NCBI GenBank assembly: GCA_965200315.1
Contig: OZ241362.1
Span: forward strand, 5,248,001 to 5,312,000
Direction of reading: 5' to 3'
Length of the DNA: 64,000 nt
Source: Candidatus Latescibacterota bacterium
GTDB taxonomy: Bacteria > Latescibacterota > UBA2968 > UBA8231
Of the stretch, positions 48,660-57,351 are shown in pieces. Positions within the stretch are counted from its first letter, which is position 1; each line of letters starts with the position of its first letter. The translations under genes and the position numbers were made by a program. A model generated the notes under the pieces. It was given only the letters and a program-made list of their open reading frames with translations. It made no database searches and was not told the DNA's origin.

Positions 48660-49916
48660 CTAGCGCTCTGTTGCAGGAGGACGCGCTGGCCGCAGCCCGA
48701 AAAAAGCCGCCATGATCAGGCCGCTCGCAACCCGCGACGCGCAGGCCAGCCCAAAGGCGGCCCCGTAGCCATAGTCGAGGATGAGTATGCCGCCGAGGAG
48801 GCTGCCGAGGAAGTTCAGAAGCTGGAAGCCGCAGACGCGCAGGCCCTGGATCCGCGCCCAGTAGCGCCGGGGCAGCACTTGAGTGGAGAAGTGCTGGTCG
48901 GACGGGTTGTCAATGACTTCGCCGATGCGCACGAGCAGGAACATGGGCACGGCCAACGGCAAGCTGATAAAGGCCCCCATGACCCCGAGGGCACTGCCGC
49001 CCATAATGCGAGATGGAAGTATGGTCAGCGTCGGCCCGAAGCGGCGCACCAGCGTCGGCGCGGCGAAGGTCGCTGGTAGGCCGGCGAGCTGGCTGAGGAA
49101 AAAGATCGCGCCGATCGCAGCCGGACCGACCCCCAATTCGGCCTCGAAGAACACGTTGAAGAACGGATACGTCAGCCCCATGGAGAAGCCGCGCGTACCA
49201 CTCAAGGCGGTAATAGCGGCAAAGACGCGCCACGGCGAGGCCACTGGTTCGTCTTCGTCCGGCGACCGGGATGGTGCGGGTGCTCTTTCGCGGCGGGTTT
49301 GACCCGATGCGTACAACAGGGGCACGACGGCCGCGAGCGAACACGCCGCACCGAGGAGCAGCGCGTAGCGGAAGGGCGCAGGGGCCTCGGTGGAAAGCCC
49401 GAGAAAGTAGCCCATGATTCCGGGCATGAAGCCGCCGATTAGGCTCAAGAGCATGCGGACGATTATTTGCAGGGCCGACCAGATGGCGAGAGCTTCGGCG
49501 CGCCGCGCTGGGTGGGCGTTGTCCGAGAGGAAGGGCACGTGGTTGACCCAGACGAAGGCCATGGCCACGCCGCCGACAAACGAAAACGCCAGCAGTGCGC
49601 CCGACGACGTGGCCAAGCACAGGCCCAACTGGGAGATGGCCAGCAGCAGGCCCGAGGCTATCAAAAAAGGCCGGCGGCCGAGGCGGTCGCTCAGGATGCC
49701 GGTGGGCAGTGCCAACAGGCCGGTCGCCAGCGGTGCCATGCCGGCGACTTGGCCGATAAAGTCCTCTTGGTAGCTCAGGCGTAGGAGATAGAGGTTGTAC
49801 AGCAGGGAAAAGAGCGCCATGCCGGCGTTGATCGAGGTGCCAAAAGCGAAAAACAACCGAACATTGCGGTTGAATTCCCGCAGCCGAAAGCGGCTTAGGG
49901 CGTGGCCGACGGGCAT
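48660..49916 (-). CDS. MFS transporter
   Basis: Motif A GILSDRLGRR; two blocks of hydrophobic helices. Confidence 0.88.
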   Translation of the reverse strand: MPVGHALSRFRLREFNRNVRLFFAFGTSINAGMALFSLLYNLYLLRLSYQEDFIGQVAGMAPLATGLLALPTGILSDRLGRRPFLIASGLLLAISQLGLCLATSSGALLAFSFVGGVAMAFVWVNHVPFLSDNAHPARRAEALAIWSALQIIVRMLLSLIGGFMPGIMGYFLGLSTEAPAPFRYALLLGAACSLAAVVPLLYASGQTRRERAPAPSRSPDEDEPVASPWRVFAAITALSGTRGFSMGLTYPFFNVFFEAELGVGPAAIGAIFFLSQLAGLPATFAAPTLVRRFGPTLTILPSRIMGGSALGVMGAFISLPLAVPMFLLVRIGEVIDNPSDQHFSTQVLPRRYWARIQGLRVCGFQLLNFLGSLLGGILILDYGYGAAFGLACASRVASGLIMAAFFGLRPARPPATER

Positions 49917-50923
49917 CCGGCGTGGCGTCTTGCAAAGACCTCGACAGCCTTTTGCACGACGAGCTTTGCGGTGTGGACCCGCTCGGCAAAGGGCCGTTCC
50001 ATGCCGGTCTCAATGGTGAAGGCCAAGCCGTAGGTGTGCGCGGCAAAGTCGGCGAGGTTGAGGCCCTCGCCGCGCTGCTGGGGGTTGAGCCAGAAGACGC
50101 TGCGCGGCCCCTTGGTAAAAAAAGATCCGGGCAAATACTCGCTTGGGGCGAGGGCCACGCCAGAGGCCGCGACCGCAGCGATCATCTCGCTGGCGAGGGC
50201 CTCCTCCCACTGTTGGTCGCTGGGAGTGCGCTGGTGCCGCGCTGAAAACCAGAAGAAGTCGCCCCCGTGCTCGTGGAGGTCCAGCGTCAAGCCGGGCTGG
50301 ATGGCGGCCATCAGGTCGCGGGTGCAGCGCGGCTCGACGGGCCCCCAAGGGGTGTCGTGGAAGCGGTTGAGATGGAGGACTTCGCCAGCCGGGTCAATTA
50401 CTAGGGTGTAGGCGCGCTCGACGCCGGGGTTGTTGGCGGGGAAATAGAGCCGACGGCCCTTGAGTACTTCGACCCAGTCCCCGACTGGATGGTTGTACAG
50501 GTTGCTCGTCGCGTAGCCGTACTCGCCGATGAGGGCGACCACAATGTCGCCTTCTTCATAGAGGACTTCGCCGCGCTTTTTGAGCAAGGGCGCGACGTCG
50601 TCGAGGCCGCCGAGGGTTGGGGCTTCGTCTAGGCTCAGGCCGAGGGCGTAGGCGAGGCCGTTCATGCCGATGGGGTCGCGGCTGGGGATGGTGTAGAGCT
50701 GGTGCTCGGTGTCGATTTCGTCGATGAGGGCGTAGGCCGCGCTGACGCCAGCTTGTTCGGTGGCGTGGCTACCGGCACTGATGAAAATGGCCGGTGTTTT
50801 GTCGCCGCCGCTTTTGACCGCGACAATGGGTTGTCCGTCGGGTGCGCGGCCAAGGATTTGCAAAGTGTGGCCGTTGTCCTGAATGCAGGTGAGCAGGTCG
50901 GCGTAGCTATCGAATGGCTGCAT
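49895..50923 (-). CDS. M14 family zinc carboxypeptidase/deacylase
   Basis: GSHATE (HxxE), LNRF, LDLHEH, FTIETG; start ATG 50923. Confidence 0.8.
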   Translation of the reverse strand: MQPFDSYADLLTCIQDNGHTLQILGRAPDGQPIVAVKSGGDKTPAIFISAGSHATEQAGVSAAYALIDEIDTEHQLYTIPSRDPIGMNGLAYALGLSLDEAPTLGGLDDVAPLLKKRGEVLYEEGDIVVALIGEYGYATSNLYNHPVGDWVEVLKGRRLYFPANNPGVERAYTLVIDPAGEVLHLNRFHDTPWGPVEPRCTRDLMAAIQPGLTLDLHEHGGDFFWFSARHQRTPSDQQWEEALASEMIAAVAASGVALAPSEYLPGSFFTKGPRSVFWLNPQQRGEGLNLADFAAHTYGLAFTIETGMERPFAERVHTAKLVVQKAVEVFARRHAGCPSATP

Positions 50924-50928
50924 GGCGT

Positions 50929-51936
50929 TTAGGCACATAAGGGATGCGCTATTTGCTCGCGACGGAAGGGGACGTCGATCTGCCCGTCTTGGTTGAGAGT
51001 GGCCATTCTGGCTCGCGCTTCTAGCCACAGCCGGTGCCACTCGGCCGGATCGCGCAACTCACTGCTCGGATCGCGGCGGCTGCGCGCGACAAACCCGGGG
51101 AAGGCGATGCGCCCGGTGGGCTGGTCGGTGGGATTGTAGCGCAGGTCAAAGCTCCAGCGGACCTCGTTGCTGACGTTGGGATAGGAGCCGTGGACGGTCT
51201 GCTTGTGGACGAAGATGACATCGCCGCGCTCGACCGGCAGGGGAATGGCCTGATCGGCGGCGAAGAGTTTTTCCGGGACTTGCGCGGCTCCGGCAAACTG
51301 GGGCGCGTTGTCCATGTAGTTGGGGCAGTGCGGCAAAAGGCCGCTTTTGTGCGAGCCGGGCACGACCATCAGCGGCCCCTTCTCGATGGGGGTGGCTTGC
51401 AGCGAGAACCACACCGTCAGCATCTGCGTGTCGTCCGCCTCCTCGGTTACGACGCCGTGGTCTTGGTGCCACTGGGTCGCGCCGAGGATGGGGTTGCCGT
51501 ATTGGTTTTTGGGCAGGTAGCACTCGGGTGGTTTTATGCGCACGTGCTGGACGGGATTGGAATAGATTTCCGGGCCAATCAGCGACTCGACGACGTCGAG
51601 CAGGTTCGGGTCCGTGAAGGCGCGGAAGACGGCCGGCCCGGCCCAAAAAGGCGTGTCGGGTTGGACGTTTTGAAAGGGCAGCGAGAAGTCGAAGTACTGG
51701 CTGTGGACGCGGCCGGTTTCAACGCAAATCTGGATGTAGCGGTCGCCAAACTCGAGCGCTTCGTAGCGCGAGGTGATTTCGCCTTGCGCGTAGAGCTGAT
51801 CGGCCAAGCTGTCGAGGACGGTGGCGTATTCGTCGATGACCGGATCGAGCGCGGTGACCGGATCGAGCACGCCTTGGACGACGACATAGCCTTCGCTAGC
51901 AAAGTGGTCGAGTTGGCGGGGGGTGAGCGCGGGCAT
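50929..51936 (-). CDS. Phytanoyl-CoA dioxygenase (PhyH) family protein
   Basis: EGYVVV, WHQDHG (HxD), VPGSH, GDV, VHGS, RWSFDLRY; start ATG 51936 with GGAGG RBS. Confidence 0.9.
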   Translation of the reverse strand: MPALTPRQLDHFASEGYVVVQGVLDPVTALDPVIDEYATVLDSLADQLYAQGEITSRYEALEFGDRYIQICVETGRVHSQYFDFSLPFQNVQPDTPFWAGPAVFRAFTDPNLLDVVESLIGPEIYSNPVQHVRIKPPECYLPKNQYGNPILGATQWHQDHGVVTEEADDTQMLTVWFSLQATPIEKGPLMVVPGSHKSGLLPHCPNYMDNAPQFAGAAQVPEKLFAADQAIPLPVERGDVIFVHKQTVHGSYPNVSNEVRWSFDLRYNPTDQPTGRIAFPGFVARSRRDPSSELRDPAEWHRLWLEARARMATLNQDGQIDVPFRREQIAHPLCA

Positions 51937-52113
51937 GGTTTTCCTCCGATGGGTGCGCTGTTGGTGGGCGACGCGTGTGTTTCTACAATAACAAGGGCAA
52001 TACTTAAGAGGCAAGCGCGGATTGGAGGAAGAAGTGCGATTCAATATACTATGATTCCGCGTCACTTGCGGTGGGTAACGCCAGCCGCGGCGACCGATGT
52101 CATAGAGGACACC

Positions 52114-54393
52114 ATGGCTTGCAAAGTATTTCTCCACGCCGCTATGCTCTGGCTAGCCGGTTCGCTAACCGCCGAACAACTCCGCTTTGACGCCGTTGAT
52201 GAGTGGCAGACGTGGCGCTTGCCGCTGGGGATTGTTGCACTCGACGACGCTGGAGTCATCCGCCCGGTCAAAATTCGCAAAAACCCCGATCCCGTACGCG
52301 ATGCCGCGGCCTTTGGCGGTGGGATTTACGCGGCTGGCTCCAATGCCCCAACTGCGGCGCGAGCCATTGACGGGGATCAGCTGACCGGCTGGAGTCCCAA
52401 CTTGACCGACGACTTAGACGATTGGTGGATCGAGATCGACTTGGGGCGAGCCGTGGCAGCGCGCAAAGTAGCGCTGACCTTTTTGGAGAGTGCGCCGCCG
52501 TGCGCACTGTTCGACGTGTTGCTTTCCACTGGGGAGCCAGCCATCGACGTGGTCGGCAATCCCATTGCAGGCAGCCTCGTGTACCGAGTGAAGGAACGCT
52601 TCAAGGAAAACCAGCGGCAGCAGGTTGCGCTGGAACTGGACCCGGTGCGCGATCCGTTTGTGCAATTTATCCGCGTCGAAATGCTCGACTGTGGAGCCGG
52701 GGCCGCGCTGGCCGAAGTAGAGGTCGAAGCCATCGGCGACAACCTCTCCTTGGATCTGGCCGCCAAAGGCGGAGACTTGGAAATCATCGTCGATATCGAC
52801 GGCTTTGGCGATGCTGCGTCGTTTGCCAACTCGCTGCCGCTGGCCGACGGCCGGTTTTCTCTGTGGACGGAAAACCGCCGCATCAACCGCCCGGTGGATG
52901 TGATTTCGCGCATGACCTTGGACTTGGGCGCGGTTTATTGGGTGGATTTGGTGCGCATCGTGGGGAATTTTTTGTCGCGGCCAGGGCAATTCCGCTTCAA
53001 CTTCGACCGCTACGAGGTGTTGACTGCGGATGGTTCGCTGGCGCCGGATGGTACGCGCATCTGGCATCGGCAATTCACCGGCCAGGCCACCCGGTCCAAC
53101 CGCCAACTCGGGATTGCCAATCACCACTTTGCGCCGATCAAGACGCGCTACGTGCGGATCGAATGGGTGTTTTGGGACGCGGCCTGCGCCGCCGCTTGCA
53201 CAGGCTGCGGCATTGTGCCGCCCTGTCAGTTTTGGGGTGGCACGCGCGAGTTACAGGTTTTTGGCGAGGGCTATCCGCAGCGGGTGCTGCTGGCCTCGCC
53301 TCTGATCGACCTCGGCGGCGATAAGCAGGTACACGCGATTCGCTGGCGAGCTGACGCGCCCGCTGGGACGCGGGTGGAGGTGCGCAGCCGCACGGGCAAT
53401 GACCTGCAAATGGACATCACCTATCACGACAAAAACGGCCGGGTTGTCACCGAGCGGAAGTACAACAAGCTCATTCCGTCCTTTAAGGGCCGGATCGACA
53501 CCGCGCTGTCGCCGGGGGCCAATTGGAGCCCGTGGAGCAAGCTGTACTTGCAGCCGGGCGAGCCGTTTGCGTCGCCTTCGCCGCGGCAATACGCCGAGTT
53601 GGATGTCGCCTTGGTATCCGAGCGGCCGGATGTGGGGGCGGCCTTAGGTTGGCTGGAGATCGAGTTCGGCGACCCAGTGGCGCAAGGAGTGGTGGGGGAG
53701 ATTTTCCCAGTCGAAGTGCAGCCTGGGGAGCGGACCGAGTTTGCCTATTACATTCGTCCTCAGCAGGTGGCAGGTCGCGGCTTTGCTCACTTGGAGGTGG
53801 AGAGTTCCGCGCCGATTGAGTTTGTCGAGGTGTTGGTGGAGGGCGAGGGGGTGGAGACGACGTCCACGCCGACGGAAGGGGGGGTGGCCATTGCCTTGGC
53901 CGCGCCGGTCAAGAGCCGCCAGCTAGTGGAATTGCGCTTTGCCGCAACCGTGTTTGTCGATGCCACGCGCTTTGATGCCTTTATCGCCCAAGGCCCGGCC
54001 GACGCGCTGCTGCGGCAGCGGGTGGATGTGGGCGACGCGTACTCAGAAGTTGTCAGCAGCACCAATGCCGTGCGCTTGCCCGTGGGAGCGCGGCTGTTGG
54101 CCAACGTGGCCATGGGGCCGCTGGCGTTGACGCCCAACGGCGACGGAGTCAACGACGCGCTGCGGGTGGAATTCGACTTGGTCAATGTCTTGGCCGCGCG
54201 GCGGATCGGCCTGCGGATTTTCGACTTGGCGGGGCGGTTGGTGTGGGTGCGGGAAGAGGAGGGCCGGGCTGGTGGTCGGGCTTGGGTATGGGATGGCCGG
54301 GGGGTCGCGCCCGGGCTGTACATGGCGGAATTGCGCGTCGAGGGCGATGAGAGAAGCTACAGCAAGCGGCGCGTGGTCGCCGTCGTTTATTAG
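52114..54393 (+). CDS. Secreted discoidin-like + FlgD/T9SS-type CTD protein (subtype B)
   Basis: GAGG RBS and signal peptide at 52114; EWQTWRLP, WWIEIDLGR, RSRTGN, HDKNG, WSPWS, SPSPRQY, TPNGDGVND, WDGRGVAPGLY. Confidence 0.85.
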   Translation: MACKVFLHAAMLWLAGSLTAEQLRFDAVDEWQTWRLPLGIVALDDAGVIRPVKIRKNPDPVRDAAAFGGGIYAAGSNAPTAARAIDGDQLTGWSPNLTDDLDDWWIEIDLGRAVAARKVALTFLESAPPCALFDVLLSTGEPAIDVVGNPIAGSLVYRVKERFKENQRQQVALELDPVRDPFVQFIRVEMLDCGAGAALAEVEVEAIGDNLSLDLAAKGGDLEIIVDIDGFGDAASFANSLPLADGRFSLWTENRRINRPVDVISRMTLDLGAVYWVDLVRIVGNFLSRPGQFRFNFDRYEVLTADGSLAPDGTRIWHRQFTGQATRSNRQLGIANHHFAPIKTRYVRIEWVFWDAACAAACTGCGIVPPCQFWGGTRELQVFGEGYPQRVLLASPLIDLGGDKQVHAIRWRADAPAGTRVEVRSRTGNDLQMDITYHDKNGRVVTERKYNKLIPSFKGRIDTALSPGANWSPWSKLYLQPGEPFASPSPRQYAELDVALVSERPDVGAALGWLEIEFGDPVAQGVVGEIFPVEVQPGERTEFAYYIRPQQVAGRGFAHLEVESSAPIEFVEVLVEGEGVETTSTPTEGGVAIALAAPVKSRQLVELRFAATVFVDATRFDAFIAQGPADALLRQRVDVGDAYSEVVSSTNAVRLPVGARLLANVAMGPLALTPNGDGVNDALRVEFDLVNVLAARRIGLRIFDLAGRLVWVREEEGRAGGRAWVWDGRGVAPGLYMAELRVEGDERSYSKRRVVAVVY

Positions 54394-54438
54394 ATTACCA
54401 ATCGCGCTCACTTTGAATATTTTAGAAAAGGAGGAACC

Positions 54439-55101
54439 ATGAGACTGATCCTCGTAGGTTGCGAATACGCCGGTAAGACGACCTTGGCCAACGCCATCGT
54501 CGGTTGGCTCGAGCGCACCTTTGGCTCGTCGCGCACCTTTCACGACCACTTCAGCCTGCCGTGCAACGAGTTCCCCGTAGAGGAGCAGGAGCAACTGCTG
54601 GCCCTCAGCCCGCGACTGAAGGAGATGTTCCAGCGCTACATGATGAACTACCACTTCCACGCCGCCTTCTACAGCGACCCGGACCACAACTTGGTGGGCT
54701 TCCACCTTGAAGAGGCCGTGTACGCGCCCTTGTACTACGGCTACGGGGGCCGCGGCGAGTACGCCGACCGCGCCGCCTTGGCGCGTACCTTCGACGAAGA
54801 GATCATGCAGTACGCGCCCGACACGGTGCTCGTGCTGCTGAGTGCGCGGCCCGAAGTCATTGCCCAGCGCATGCGCGAGCAGCCTCACGAGCGGCCGGTG
54901 GTGCAGGAAGAGGACATCGAGCACGTGTTGCAGCGCTTTGAGGAGGAATACCGCGACTCGCTCATCCGCAAGAAATTCGCCCTCGACACGTCCGACGCCA
55001 CGGTAGAGCAGACCTTGGCTGAGTTCGCAGGAGAAATCAAAAAGCACCTGAGCGAAGCCGACCGCTTGCGCCTGTTGGCCCACCAGAACTGGCCGAGTTA
55101 G
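54439..55101 (+). CDS. P-loop NMP-kinase-like protein
   Basis: Walker A GCEYAGKTT; LVLLSARPEVIAQR lid; LDTS. Confidence 0.75.
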   Translation: MRLILVGCEYAGKTTLANAIVGWLERTFGSSRTFHDHFSLPCNEFPVEEQEQLLALSPRLKEMFQRYMMNYHFHAAFYSDPDHNLVGFHLEEAVYAPLYYGYGGRGEYADRAALARTFDEEIMQYAPDTVLVLLSARPEVIAQRMREQPHERPVVQEEDIEHVLQRFEEEYRDSLIRKKFALDTSDATVEQTLAEFAGEIKKHLSEADRLRLLAHQNWPS

Positions 55102-55104
55102 ACC

Positions 55105-56577
55105 ATGCCGCAGCCCTTTCTCGATTGGTATGGCGTATGGGCTGGCCAAGCTGGCATTGCAGGCGGCCAAGCTTGGGTGCAAGACCCGCCGGTGGGCGTC
55201 CGCTTAGCCGTGCAGGAGGCGCGCAAATCCCCGGTCTTCATCGCGCCGGAGCACCCTTGGGAAATGGGTGGCCTGACGCCGCAAGCGGTGCTTTGCGATG
55301 ATGGTGTGCTGAAGATGTGGTACATCGCCCGCGGCGCTGGGGACGACCAACCTCCCTTCATTGCGTATGCCGAGAGCGCGGACGGCTTTTGTTGGGAAAG
55401 ACCGGCCTTGTATTTGCAAGAGTACGACGGCAGCACGGCCAACAACCTGCTCTTCCGCTTCGGCGACTTTGGGCTGCAATCCGTGTTTGTGGATCCCGTG
55501 GCTCCGCCGGAGGCTCGTTACAAGGCCATGGCGCGCGATTCTATCACCTATCACGAAGGTGTGCCGGTGCCCGCCATGACGCGGGAGCGCAAGTGGGCCA
55601 TTCGCCGCGCTATGGCAGAGGCCGGCTACACGCCAGAGCAGCGGGCCGCCGCGCTGTATTTCGTCGGTTTGCTCAAAGGTGCGGTGTCGCCCGACGGCAA
55701 GCAGTGGGCCTTCTTGGAGGAGCCGCTTTTGAACGTGGGCCGCACGGGGCTCGACAGCCACAACATCGCCGCGTACGACGCCGAAGCGGGTCAATACGTG
55801 GCCTATTTGCGCGGCCATCAGCATCGCCGCCGCATCGTGCGCCGCACCGAGGGTGCGGAGTTCGGGAACTGGTCCCCGCCGCGCCCGGTATTCGCTACGG
55901 ATCCGCAAGACCCCATAGACGACGACGTGTACGCGGCGGGTTATTGCCGCTATCCCCACGGCGGTTTTCACCTGATGTTCCCAGCCATGTACCACCGCTG
56001 GACAGCCACGGTAGATGTGCAATTGGCGACTAGCCGCGACGGCTTGCTGTGGAGCCGACCCGAGCGCAAGCCCATCATCTCCCCCGAGCCGGAAGGGTAC
56101 GGCATGATGTTTGCCTTCCCGGAATTGGTCTCACTCGACTCGGAGACGTGGGGCGCGATGTTCTTTGGGCAGTACGACTTGCACGACTGGGGAGAGCGGT
56201 ATGATCCAGGCCGCCTTGGGGAATGGCGTTGGGCTACTTGGCAGCAGGATCGGCTGGTGGCTCTCGAAGCGCCGGTGGAGGGGCGCGTAACACTAGTTGA
56301 ACGCGCGTGCGTCGGCCGCGAGCTGATGCTCAATTTTCAGACGCAAAAAGAAGGCGGCTGGATCAAGGCCGAGCTGGTCGAGCCGCCCTCTTCGCCGGCC
56401 GCGCCGGTGCGGGCCATAGCGGGCTTTGGGTTAGCGGAGGCGGATGTGCTGGCCGGCGACGAGTTGGCTGGGGTGGCGACGTGGCGGGGCAGCAGCGATT
56501 TGTCGGCCTTGCGCGGTAGGCAGGTGGCCGTGCGCCTGCATCTGGCGCGGGCGAAGGTGTTTGCGGTGGGGATGTGA
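55105..56577 (+). CDS. Five-bladed beta-propeller glycoside hydrolase-like protein
   Basis: PEHPWE, KMWY, YAESADG..W.RP, SPDGKQW, DSHN, QLATSRDGLLW Asp-box-like repeats. Confidence 0.65.
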   Translation: MPQPFLDWYGVWAGQAGIAGGQAWVQDPPVGVRLAVQEARKSPVFIAPEHPWEMGGLTPQAVLCDDGVLKMWYIARGAGDDQPPFIAYAESADGFCWERPALYLQEYDGSTANNLLFRFGDFGLQSVFVDPVAPPEARYKAMARDSITYHEGVPVPAMTRERKWAIRRAMAEAGYTPEQRAAALYFVGLLKGAVSPDGKQWAFLEEPLLNVGRTGLDSHNIAAYDAEAGQYVAYLRGHQHRRRIVRRTEGAEFGNWSPPRPVFATDPQDPIDDDVYAAGYCRYPHGGFHLMFPAMYHRWTATVDVQLATSRDGLLWSRPERKPIISPEPEGYGMMFAFPELVSLDSETWGAMFFGQYDLHDWGERYDPGRLGEWRWATWQQDRLVALEAPVEGRVTLVERACVGRELMLNFQTQKEGGWIKAELVEPPSSPAAPVRAIAGFGLAEADVLAGDELAGVATWRGSSDLSALRGRQVAVRLHLARAKVFAVGM

Positions 56578-56630
56578 GGGGATGGACGCCAATCCGACCT
56601 CGGGCGAGAGATTTGCGCCTTTGCCATTTT

Positions 56631-56652
56631 TGTATATCCTTATTGTATATCC
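56631..56652 (+). promoter_or_regulatory. Putative vapBC operator
   Basis: TGTATATCC repeated at 56631 and 56644, just upstream of vapB. Confidence 0.5.
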
Positions 56653-56677
56653 AATTAAATTAAAGCGAGGTCATAGT

Positions 56678-56914
56678 ATGGCGACGGCCCACACGAAAGT
56701 TTTTATGAGCAACAAGAGCCAAGCGGTGCGGCTGCCTAAGGCCGTTGAACTGCCGGAATCAGTGCGCGAGGTCGATATCGTCGCGATAGGGTCAAAGCGC
56801 GTTATCACACCTGCTGGCGAGAGTTGGGATGAGTGGTTCAACGGCCCCGGTGTTTCAGATGATTTCATGTCGGTAAGGGAACAGCCGGCCGATGCACGGC
56901 GGGAAAAACTGTGA
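56678..56914 (+). CDS. vapB: VapB antitoxin (AbrB/SpoVT fold)
   Basis: TKVFMSNKSQAVRLPKAV...RVITP..ESWDEWF...DFM..REQP. Confidence 0.9.
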   Translation: MATAHTKVFMSNKSQAVRLPKAVELPESVREVDIVAIGSKRVITPAGESWDEWFNGPGVSDDFMSVREQPADARREKL

Positions 56915-57315
56915 TGCTCAGGTATCTGTTAGATACCAATGTGGTAATTTATGCCATCAAGAACCGCCCCCAATCGCTGCGGCAAAAATTCAATCGGTCG
57001 CAAGGTCAGATGGCGATTTCTTCCGTAACTTGGGGCGAACTTGTCTATGGCGTTGAACGCTCCGCCCAGCCCGAGCGCAATTTGGCGGATATTGAATCGC
57101 TGGGCACTAGGCTTGAGATCATGCCGTTTGACCAAGTTGCAGCCAGCCATTTTGGTCGAATCCGTGCAGAACTGTATCGCATTGGTGCTCCGATTGGCCC
57201 CTATGATATGATGATCGCGGGTCAGGCGCGTGCGTCCGGGCTGGTTTTGGTGAGCAATAATGTAAAAGAGTTTGAAAAAGTTCCGGGGCTCATGCTGGAA
57301 AACTGGGTTCACTGA
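56911..57315 (+). CDS. vapC: VapC PIN-domain toxin
   Basis: YLLDTN, SSVTWGEL, GPYDMMIAG, SNN.KEF..VPGL..ENW. Confidence 0.92.
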   Translation: MMLRYLLDTNVVIYAIKNRPQSLRQKFNRSQGQMAISSVTWGELVYGVERSAQPERNLADIESLGTRLEIMPFDQVAASHFGRIRAELYRIGAPIGPYDMMIAGQARASGLVLVSNNVKEFEKVPGLMLENWVH

Positions 57316-57351
57316 TTCGTCCAGCAAATCACCGCTTGCTATGGGATAAGT

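Noticed and set aside
51034-52113. N-terminal extension of the 1119-aa ORF
   Set aside because: It is the antisense shadow of the PhyH gene; the RBS and signal peptide indicate a start at 52114.
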